From Eledone cirrhosa (taxonomy: Eukaryota): a stretch of DNA of 64,000 nucleotides. Position 1 is the stretch's first letter; the number at the start of each line of letters is the position of its first letter. Below are positions 53,176-64,000 of the stretch, piece after piece. The stretch lies in the NCBI GenBank assembly GCA_964016885.1, contig OZ024740.1, positions 273,916,001-273,980,000 of the forward strand, in the 5' to 3' direction. Under the pieces are notes generated by a model. The model was not told the origin of the DNA. It searched no databases and saw only the letters and a list, made by a program, of their open reading frames with translations. The position numbers and the translations under genes are program-made.

Positions 53176-56100
53176 AAGACCATTTACCGGTATCTTTACT
53201 ATAAGACCATCAACCTATTGAAAGTTTCAGATGCATGATTGCATCTGATGAATATCTCATTGCTAACATTTTCTTTCTCATTCTCTCTCTCTCTAATCTC
53301 TATTTAGCTTATTTGACAATATCTTACTATTCACATATCTATCTATATTTATCGATGTAATTATGTATTAATCTATTTATCCATTTGTCTATATCTCTTT
53401 CTAGTTATTCTGTCTGTATGTCTGTCTCCCCCCCCCCTCTTTGTATGTCTTTATCTTTTTCACTATTCTTCTCTGTCTATCTATCAGTTATTCTTGCTTT
53501 CTTGCTACCATTCCCTTTATCACCTTTCTCTCTTTTCACTGTTTCTCTATCCATCTATCTGTTAACGTTTCTGTCTATAGACATGTGCTTTTCACTTATT
53601 CTTGCCTGTGTTTACGTGTGTATAACCAAGACAAACACGCACATAAAGTTCTCATTTTATAAAAAAAACAAAAACAAAAAAAAAACAACAACACCAAAGC
53701 AAAACAAAAAAAAAGTTAATGTCATTGACTACTTTCTTCTCGGTTCTAATAGAAGCAGGCACACACATGTGTGAAATAACCTTAGTAACATACAGATGGG
53801 ATGTAAATTTTCATATTCAGGTAATTTACTAACCAATCAGGAAAATTTATTCTGCTTTACCATTTTTGGCATTCAGTCTACACCCACCCTTATCCAGTTA
53901 TTGGCAGGAAATGGTTTAATATCCTGATTGGCACCAAGAGAATTCAATCAGCAACCTTTGACATGGCTCTGACGATCGGAATGAAGGTCGAGAGCCAAGT
54001 TCTTTCAGTGTTGTGATTAAAAATTAAAAATAAACATAAAATATTTGATTTAGAGGAATTTTCTCAAAGAAGTACTTGTAGAGACTGAAGGAATAGAATG
54101 ATGATAAAGAAGTTACCGAAGAAGAAGTAATGGAAGGAAAAGATGATCATAAAGTTGAAGGAGATTGAAGAAAGAAAATTGAATAAATTACGGAAAACAT
54201 AAAAATAAATATCAGATTGAAGGTAGATGGAAAAGATGCATTGGACGAATTAAAGAGGAAAAAATATATCACAGGAGAATCAAAACACGAGTGACAAAGA
54301 ATAACAAAAAATATAAACAAAAAGGTATGGCGTAGAATAAGTAGAATGAAGGAGATCGAGGATGAAGATAAAAGAACGAAAGAAAATGATAAATCTTTGG
54401 TAAGTTGAAGTGAAATGACCTTGAAAATCGAAGAATGAAAGAGATTGAAGATGAAATAAAACGTTAAAATGAATAAATAAGGAGGAATGAAATTATGACT
54501 TCCTATTTTGTCACAAGGATATCAATTTCTGGCAAGGGAACCCTGCCCATTTCTAGTACTGTATTATATCGCCCTATGAAGGATAAAAGGCGAATTTAAC
54601 CTGAGCGAGATTGTATCTCGGAACGTATGCTACAAATCGTTTTGCCCGTCGCCCTAACGATTCTCGCAATCCAGCACCCTGAAAATAAGAAATAATGGAA
54701 GAGGTTTACTAAGTAACGAAACTAGGGAGGAAAATTAATAAGAAATATAGAAAATAGAAAGAATATGAATGAGAATGAATGAGAAGTGATGGAAGAAAGA
54801 AGGAAGAGAATGATAGAAAATATGTATCTGAGGAGAATAAGGAGGCAATGGATCATTGAGGATCAAATAAATCCCCAAAATCGAAGTTGAAAGAAAATAA
54901 GAAGAAAAGAAAGAATGAATAATGTTTTTAAAAAATCACTGTGAAATTGAATGAAAACAAAAACAAAGAAACAGCGAATGAGATAATATGAATAGGAAAT
55001 AATAGAAGAATGTAAAAATGATTAATAAAAATTGAATATATAAAATAATTAATTTTAAAAATTAGTTCAATGAAAGAAATTTATACAAGAATGAATATAG
55101 GAAACATAAGATTGAAGAAGAACGAGGGAAAATAAGATATAGAAGAATGAAACAGAATGCAGAAGCAACGAAAGAATAAAACTGAAGGAACCGAAATACA
55201 ACATAGAAGGAGAATGAATGAATTAGAGCGCAAACACAAAATAAGAAAGAAGAAATAGAGGAATGAAAGTGAAGGAATTAGAGTTGATGGAAGAATAAAA
55301 TGAAACGAAGAAATATAGAATAACCACGGAGAAAAATAATAAATGAAAGAATTAACGAGAAGGAAGAAGGAAAGAGATTGTAATAATGAAGCAATGAAAA
55401 CTTCATTATTCCATGAACGAATACGACTAATGAAGGAATGAAAGAATGAGGGTGAATGGTAATGTAATTGACACGTTGAGACAGACGGAGAAATGAAAGT
55501 GATTAACAAGCTATCCAAGTTTGAAAGAAATTGAAACAGAAAATTAGGAAAATGAAGGAGAGTGTAAAAGAACCACATGAAATGGAAGCATGGAAGTGTG
55601 AATTAGAAGTGTTGGAAGTATACAGAACGCATAGCAAAATAATATACGAAGAGAATGAAATCAAGAATGATGAATGAATGTGTGTGATTGAAGAGGAATG
55701 AATTTGGGAAGAAAATTGATAAGAACAAATCAAAGAATGAAAGGGGTTTACGAGACAATGGAAAATTGTAAGAAAACATACGGGGAAAGCATAGAAGAAT
55801 GAAATCTAAAGCGATTAAAGATAAACTTAAAAATTAGAATAAGTTAAAGTATAAACTGGAAAAAAATAAAAAAAGAATGAAGGAGCAATAATGCAAAGAA
55901 GACTGAAAGAGGTTTTAGAAGCAATGAAGTAAGAATATTAATGAAAAGAAATGGATAGATGAAAAAATGGAATAATTATAAGCAACGAAATAGAAATTGT
56001 ACGTCCAACAGTAATTTGGACGATTTTACTCTTTATCCTTTCATTGTTTGAATAACACCAGTAAGTCGTGATTTACACCAGTCAAAAGCTTGGCCTCTCT

Positions 56101-56329
56101 CAGAAGATGCAAACTCAATGATAATATATCAGATACCAAACGAAATAAATATTTTTAAAAAAACAGCGAACATGTGTACATAATGTATAGTTTCATTGCT
56201 ATACCGTATGGAAGAAATAGATAATAGTTGACGCTAGTTCTATGTAAAAAATGGGACTGCTATGTATTCAATCTTGAGGTATCAAAAGTAGTTAGATGAG
56301 TCCCTGAGACTATACTTCAGGTTGGCTCA

Positions 56330-57340
56330 TACACATACTGTCTCTAATTGATTCGGTCTGACCTTCAAGGAAGATCAACCGAGCTCATGGTTCTTATCCA
56401 TCCGTCATGCTCGTGGTCTGTTTTGGGTTTCCTGTCGGTTGGTTTTGTCTGTAAATTCTCCAGCAATATTTTCCTTAGATATTCTAACTACATTTCTGTA
56501 ATATCAATACCGTGATTTCTCAATACGGAAGGCTAGCAGCTCTTCTTGGAGTGACTCCCTGTACTATGCACGCTATCAGTGGTGTTACTCCAAAGACCCT
56601 TCGAATGAATCCCAATTAAGCTGCTTGTATTCGGGATTGCATTATTTCGATCATTGACCAAACTTTATGACCATAGTTAAGGGTTGAGACAAACACCGAA
56701 TTGAAGCTATCAAGTTTGACTTTGGTACCCACCTTCCCTCCTCCGATTACCGACTGCTTAAGCCGACAGCTTACTGCACCAGCTCCAACAGTTCATGCAT
56801 TTAATTCAGCCGCCTACCTTCCATCACTCGTGAAAACAGCTCCGAGATACTTAAACTTCTTCACCTGATTGAGTGTAACTTCACTCCCATGCAGAGTGCA
56901 CTGCGCAAGCTCTCTTATGAGAAGAATGTTACAGTTTTTGCAGCACAGATTTTCATTCCTGTCGTGTGGCGGAATAGAGACTTCAAGGCATTCAGAAGTT
57001 GCGATTCCATGCTTATGCAAAACCTTCTGCAACAAGTCCCGAGGAACAAGATCGTATACCTCTTCAATGGTCATGAAACAAGCACACACCTTTTGGTAAT
57101 ACTCCCATTATTTCTCGGAGAACCACCGCAGAGAAAATACTTGGTCGCTTGTGCTACCCCCGGGGCAGCTAGTTTGAACTCGATAATATGCCCACCTTTT
57201 CCTTGCCAGAACTTTCGGACAAATGTTACTGGGGAGGCTTGACAAGGAAACTCCTTGATCTTTAGAGCAATCTTTCTTGTCTCCCTTTTTTGAAAATTGG
57301 GATTATCACTCCCGATTGGCATTACGTCGGTACTGGCAAA
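56330..57340 (-). mobile_element. Degenerate RTE LINE with internal deletions
   Basis: YDLVPRDLL.KVL..HGI...LNQVKKFKYLGAVFTSDGR and downstream ORF2 C-terminal remnants. Confidence 0.8.
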
Positions 57341-57615
57341 CTTGGTACACACGAATCAGCCATAGCATGTTTACTTTATTTTAAGCTTTTAACATATCGG
57401 ACCGAATTTCGCCCTTCCCAAATGACTTGCCACATTTCATCACTTTAATTGCTAATGTCACTTCATCTCACATACAGCATTTAGGAGATCGGACGAGTTC
57501 CTTATAGCGTGCAGAGAGAGGAAATTCTTATTATCAAGTTGATAGATGGTCTGCAAGCATATTAGGATAAGGTAGGAAGCGATGGCTGATGAGGCTAAGA
57601 CAACGTATGTGAACA

Positions 57616-57800
57616 TGGATTGGCAGTATCGGTAGAGGGTCGGACGCCATGCTTTGACGCATAGAGTTACGGCCCTTGCTATTCTGAGTTCAAATTCCGC
57701 CGAGGTTAACTTTGCCTTTCATCCTTAAGGGGTCGATAAAATAAAGTACCAGTAAAGCACTGGGTAATTGCTGACCTTGTGCCAAAAGTAGAAACAATTA
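57616..57800 (+). mobile_element. SINE family A, near full length
   Basis: Head and core. Confidence 0.92.
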
Positions 57801-58632
57801 TTACATCCAAATTTAGAGAAATCCCTGAACAAAATTAGGACGTTGGCGCAGAGTATAAGCCGTTCAGCTTGGCAGTTTTTCTTTGAATTGCTCAATGCAT
57901 AGGTCGAATGTGGCTCGGTAGTGATAGGACCCGCTGGAGTTTAAAGGTGTCATCCTAGCAAGAAGGAGGCTTACAAATCTTGGCTTCGAGTTAAGGCTTC
58001 TTTCGTTCAGTTGCTTCTTTCGGCACGAACAGTTACAGCAGAGTTATTAAAATCATCTAGGTTTAAAACATGGGAGTACTTTGGCATTAAGCTGGAATAA
58101 GACATTAGGCTAGAAATAATGATTTTCACATATATATTACATATATGAGTAACAGCCTTATTTCAAAAGCTTGTCTGCTTACCTTATAATCTACTTTTAG
58201 TTGACTATTTCCTCATATGGTTGTTATCTGCCTTCAACTTAACCATACTTTCATCCAGTGTCAATATATGTCTTTAATTTCCTCATTGTCATCATCGCCA
58301 ACTTCCTTCCTCAACAATAAATTCATATTTAGCCTCATCATCATAAACACCGCTTTCATTATCACCATTATAATAATCATTAACATTATTCTCATCATCA
58401 ATATCATCATTGTCATAGCCAACGCATTTATAATAATCATTGGAAGTATAAACGTTATACTAATGTATGTGTGTATGATGCATACATGCAAAACAAGTAA
58501 TCACCTTGTAACATTTAAATACAAATAAGCATATTACTAAATTAATGGCAATGTGTACAGAGTGAATATAGAGAAAGTATACAATAAGGTTATCTAAGAA
58601 AAATGAAACAAAATTTCTTATATTTCAAACAT

Positions 58633-59240
58633 GGTGTCTGCCAACTCGTTTTCGAGTACGGCCACTACTTTATATCCATGTAGGAGAACCCCTACCGATG
58701 CGCTGAACGAGTGTGACTTTTTAGTCCAGCCAGCGACTTGAAAACTCTGGTACAAACACTACACTTGTGACAATTATTGACACATAGGGCTGGGCCCATG
58801 GTACCATGTGACGACAAGTGCAGAGAGATTTCCAGATATAAAGCAATGCCTGTGCCGTGAAGCTTTTATAGTGAGCAAAGGCACTGCACAAAGCCAGTCC
58901 CACTCTCTTAACCAAGATGATATTTACCAAAAAGAAGAACAAGTCAACATCATTGGATACCATCAGCGTTGCAGGTTTTATATCAGAGATTTCCTTCTCC
59001 TAGAACTCTGCCTTGACAAAGGCTAAGGGGTCATCTCTCCCGGTGATTTTGGATGGCCATTGACTCTTAAGAGCTCCTTTGCCCTTTGACAGGTTTTGTT
59101 TTTAGTCCTGCAGGATGTCCAAAGTCACCCTCCTCACCAAGAAACCTTGGTAGGGTTGCCAGTTTAGTCGCCAACGACCCGACCATGGGACAGGTTCTAC
59201 TGGGATACATGTTACCAGTAGCACCAACTGGTGACCTGAC
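58633..59240 (-). mobile_element. Bipartite RTE-derived non-autonomous retroelement (copy 2)
   Basis: Reverse complement of 20635-21248; 13-bp TSD atatttcaaacat (58620-58632 and 59241-59253). Confidence 0.88.
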
Positions 59241-59475
59241 ATATTTCAAACATAATCTCTTCTATACATACATATATAGAGACGAAATCACACACAAACA
59301 CATACGTGTATGTATAAATGTGTTTCCATATACAAATGGCACATAAGACACACGCACTGAACACAGATAGAAATTCATAATGAATTATGGAGTATGATAA
59401 CAAATGGTTAATATATAACGTTTGTAGTATCCTTTAAAAATTCAGCACACTAATAGACACACATACACGCATATA

Positions 59476-59515
<40 letters not shown>

Positions 59516-59573
59516 ATGTGTGTGTGTGTGTGTGCACACGAACCAAATATACAAATATATCAAAATATGTATT

Positions 59574-59613
<40 letters not shown>

Positions 59614-60006
59614 GTGTGCATGTGTACATATATATATATATATGTACACATGCACACTAAAACAAATATATGCTGGCCCGTACTGATGCACTCATATAAA
59701 TATATATTCAGTAATATTTACATGCACACACCCAGGCACACATATATATTGTGTAGTAGTATTTAATGGCATACAAACTTGTTTTAACTCTATAATTTGC
59801 TTCCAGACAAACATATGTTGCCTCGGGTGAGAACAAAATCAATGTTTGAAAACATAATACTTCTCTCTCTCTCCCCACATCTATCATCCATCTATACATA
59901 CATATACATATATATGTATGTCTCTATAGATATTCATGTATATGTGTTCATATATATGTATGCATAAGTGTATATATGCATGTATATATATATATATATA
60001 TATATG

Positions 60007-60038
<32 letters not shown>

Positions 60039-60400
60039 CACATAAAATTGTATAGACACACAGACTCTCTCACACACACGCATATATATATATATATATA
60101 TATATAATCATACATATATACATATATAAAAACAAATGCCGATATTAATGTTTATGTAGGGAATATATGGATAACGCAATCAGTAGAACATTGGTTGAAA
60201 TAGTTTGTGATATTTTGGTATTTGGTTACGTTCTTTTATATTTTGAGTTCAAATGTAGTCTATGTAAACTTTGGTTTTAATTCTACTTTGGTCGATATAA
60301 TCGATATGTATATAACCTTGAAATTGACGCATGTCATGCCCAGGATCAAGTACAATAAATAAGACCAATGAAGGAATATATCAGTACCATACCCACCACC

Positions 60401-60432
<32 letters not shown>

Positions 60433-60538
60433 CAATTCCAACAATAATGGTAATAACAACATATATACATATATACTATATATAAATAGGAATGGAAAGG
60501 GACAGGGCTATGTGGTTACTAGTAATGAGTGTAGAGAA

Positions 60539-60671
60539 TAAAGGAAACACAAACATAGCGATAGACATTTCCCCTCATCAGTTTTCTGCCGCGGTTGCGT
60601 CGAAACATCCAAGACCTGCAGCAGACAACTGATGAGGGGAAATGTATATCTCTATGTTTCTGTTTCCTTTA
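60539..60671. repeat. Imperfect inverted repeat (~55-bp arms) containing CTGATGA
   Basis: taaaggaaacacaaacatagcgatagacatttcccctcatcagtt pairs with aactgatgagggggaaatgtatatctctatgtttctgtttccttta. Confidence 0.8.
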
Positions 60672-61029
60672 ATCTATGCTATATATATAAACATACTAGT
60701 TGAAATGCTGCCTCCACAGTGGTTTTGTTGTTGTGTGTGTGCTTTGTGTGTGGGTGTTTGTATGTTCGTGTGTGTTAGTATGTCTGTGTGTTACAAATAC
60801 CACAGCATTTAAGGAATTCAAGCATTAATTGATTCAGGACTCATTATTGGTAAATTGTTATTTGTAAAAGAGACAGATTCCACGGGTTGATTCACCGCTT
60901 TTTTTTTTCGCGCTTGCCGTCGTCGTCGTCGTGCTGCCCACGTGGGAGAGGAGTCCCATTGATGAAGGGTGACTATTGCAACGGGTGTTACTGACCATTT
61001 TCCACGACAGTGCTTCACCATTTTGGAGT

Positions 61030-61413
61030 ATGTATGTATATATGTGTGTTTGTATGTGTGTGTGTGTGTGTGCGTTATGTGTGTGTGTGTGTGTGTTTGT
61101 GTGTGTTTGTGTGTGTGTGTTTGTGTGTATGGGGCTGGGGTGTCGGTGTGTATGTGTGTGTGTTTGTGTATATGTGTGTGTTTGTGTGTGTGTGTTTGTG
61201 TGTTTGTGTGTTTGTGTTTGTGTGTGTGCGTGTGTGTGTGTTTGTGTGTTTGTGTGTATGTGAGTGTGTGTGTTTGTGTGTGTGTGTGTTTGTGTGTATG
61301 GGGGTGGGGTGTTTGTGTGTGTGTGTGTGTGCGTGTGCGTGTGTATGTGTGCGTTTGTATGTGTGTGTTTGTGTGTTTGTGTGTGTTTGTGTGTTTGTGT
61401 TTGTGTGTGTGTG
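61030..61413. repeat. (TG)n/(TGTT)n microsatellite
   Basis: Direct reading. Confidence 0.95.
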
Positions 61414-61479
61414 TTATCTATATGCAACAAAAATATCAACAAGACGAAATAGAGATGCACATCAGTGTTGCAAAGAGTG

Positions 61480-62145
61480 AGTAACCTGTCCTCTCAAGGA
61501 GGCCTGCAAAGTGCACTCTACATGTGAATGGAGCTCTACTGAAACAGGTGTAGGAATTCAAGTATCTCAGCGCTGTGTTCACAAGAAATGGAAGGCAGGC
61601 GGCTGAATTAATAGCAAGAATTTCCGAAAGCAAGTGCAGTAATGTGCCAGCTTCAGCATTCGGTAATCAGAAGAAGGGAGGTATAAAAGAGAAAATCTAT
61701 CTTTCATTCGGTATTTGCGACTCCACTTAACTATAATCATGAATCTTGGGTAATGTCCAAAAGAATACGATCACAAATACAAGTCGCCGAAATGGGGTTC
61801 CTCCGAAGGGTATTTGAAGTAACTTTATTCTATAGATTGTATACCTCAGAAATCAGAGAACCACTCCCGGAAGAGCCGCTATTTCTCCGAATTGAGAGAT
61901 CCCGGTTCCGATATTATGAGCATGTGTTTATAATATCTCACGAAAGAATCGCTAGACAGATTTTATGGGGACCCAAAGGTAGATCGGGAGCAAGAGGGTT
62001 GGACAAAATACATGAGCTCAGATTGTCTCGCTTGGGGATCCAGTCTGATCAACTGGAGTCAGGCGTTTCTGACAGGACACACTGGAAGGAATATTTGAGG
62101 ACTCTTTCCCCGCGACCCGTTCAGGAAGTGGGCGAAGGATAAAAA
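61480..62145 (+). mobile_element. RTE LINE 3' fragment, same group as 56.3-57.1 kb
   Basis: EFKYLSAVFTRNGR...RIRSQIQVAEMGFLRRV...EIRE.L..EPLFLRIERS. Confidence 0.85.
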
Positions 62146-64000
62146 GAAGAATACAAAGAAGGAGAAGTAATGCTCGCTATAAAAACAGAGCCAATATTAT
62201 TATGAATTACCAATATGATTCTCTATTTTCAATAAATAGTTTCATTTATTGCACCTGCATCAGGCTTGTAACATAAATTCGATTATATGATTATATATGA
62301 AGTTGAGGTTAGACCTGAGAATAACAACCAAGTATTCATCAGAAAGTGATATATATTAAAAACTAAGTTTATACAGAAGATTTAATGGTCTGGTTCAACT
62401 TTCAGACTCACTGGCACAGAAACAACTATTCTTGCGAAATATATTTGTACCTGTGAGAAAATTATAATACTACAGAGTTTAATATCAAAGTGAGATTTTC
62501 AAAAACTGATTATATTTAAAAAATATATATTTTTTTTTCCTTGAAACACAAATCTACAGACATTCAGCCTACACTATACTGAACTGCCAAACCCACCATA
62601 CACACTCTTTGAAAATATGCAGTCACTCATAACTTATTTTACAATATCCTCATGCATAGCTTCTCTCAATATATTACTTATTCACTTTATACATTCCCTT
62701 CCTTGTGCAAGACGGGTTTTAAATACTATTAAGTACAAATCTGTGCTTTACACGAAATAAATGCATGTCAACTCGAGCGTGTGAATGAGCTTATTAAGAC
62801 TGTTCCAAAATTTCGCAGAGGTTATCGTCTTGTTAAAACTATGTATATGAAAAGAAACACTTCTTTTACTTAAAAACAAGATGAAATTCTGCTTTAAAAT
62901 TGTCACGTATTTGTAATATATACCTTCTAGTCCAGACAAAACTAACTTATTTTCTACTATTTATTTGACGTAGCCTTTCCCTATTTACCGATTAGCCTGT
63001 TCCACATTTAACATCTCATATCAGTCAGTATATATTTGAACTGTTTTGATAAGCCAATAAAGTAGGTGAAACGTCGAACTAAACAGTCACTGTTAATAAT
63101 AATTATGTATATATAATAGCACTCTCGTGAAAGCAGTAATGAATAATAGCTGTGATGTTAGTTGTGTCCTGTCCACAATCCCATTAGAATACTCTAAATA
63201 CTGTAAAGCATTTATCATTATGCAGTATGTCGATAACGTTAAGCCATGTGGAACGTATTCCTCTTGAGAGTAATTCCATCATATCATTTGTATCCAGGAC
63301 AACATTTCAGGCCAAATGCAAAACAAAACAATTCAGCTCTCATCGTAACGTTTCACTTTTACAGTTCTCATTTGAACTGATGCGTAGAACCCATCTACAA
63401 TCGGCTACTCTAGAGCAACGAGAATTAAGCACCTTATGTATGGTTGCTGAATATTGCTGATGATAGGAAATCAGATAACTACTGTTGGTAGATCATCATT
63501 TTAACTTTTTCAGAGAACAAAGATCTATTGCTCTCCAAATATTGGACAATTGAACTGCTTTGTTAAACATTTCTGGCACCAATATCTATTCACTCCTTTA
63601 ACGTCTATAAATCTTCCAGATGTTTATTTAACTGCAATTAGATCTTGTAAAATATGATCAAGATAATTTTGATACCGAAAACTATCGAAGATATGCAATG
63701 CATCAGCCATTTCATCTAACCAAGATTCATAAATTAATTATATAAAAAAAGTGAAATACTTCTGACACGTATTCAGATTTTAAAAGTCGATATTTAATCC
63801 AACATTGTTGCCTGTTGGCTATATGATAGACATATTTTGCCGGTAATATTACGCTAGCAATAGTGGGTTTGTTTTAAATGCAAAAGATAATCCTGTAAAA
63901 GTAACTGCGAATTAACTTTTAATTAACCTCAGGTAAATTCCCTCTCCTTTAAATTTGCAGCTAGAGTCTTAGATAACGGTCTGGAATTACTGATTTACTC

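Noticed and set aside
60600-60655. GAAA and CTGATGA boxes in the 60.5-kb hairpin as a hammerhead
   Set aside because: No stem II or stem I could be formed in any permutation.
63100-64000. Faint hAT transposase-like peptides on the minus strand (MMELLSRGIRS)
   Set aside because: Too degenerate to support without a profile search.

Overview
AT-rich, microsatellite-saturated animal genomic DNA. The SINE families and (TA)n/(CA)n load suggest an octopus or other cephalopod, which is an inference. No intact host gene was found, only a few weak exon candidates. The window is a mosaic of retroelements: a full-length but frameshifted L1/Tx1 LINE (30.7-36.6 kb) with an older relative at 14.5-15.5 kb, an R4/Dong-like RLE LINE fragment in (TAA)n, several RTE remnants, a bipartite RTE-derived non-autonomous family, about 20 tRNA-type SINE copies, non-autonomous Helitrons and a MITE. 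It also holds a 5'-truncated Penelope-like element (RT plus GIY-YIG) with inverted pseudo-LTRs. The main signal is a dense set of type I hammerhead ribozymes read by eye, about ten copies in at least six sequence families. Three families share a compensatory U3-A8 core (UUGAnAA instead of CUGAnGA): the Penelope pseudo-LTR, a ~320-bp circularly permuted non-coding unit present at two loci, and a 616-bp tandem unit with unusually long stems II and III. These look like retrozyme-type, possibly circRNA-producing, satellites of Penelope elements that sit in (TA)n tracts. All structures and coordinates were derived manually and need computational confirmation.
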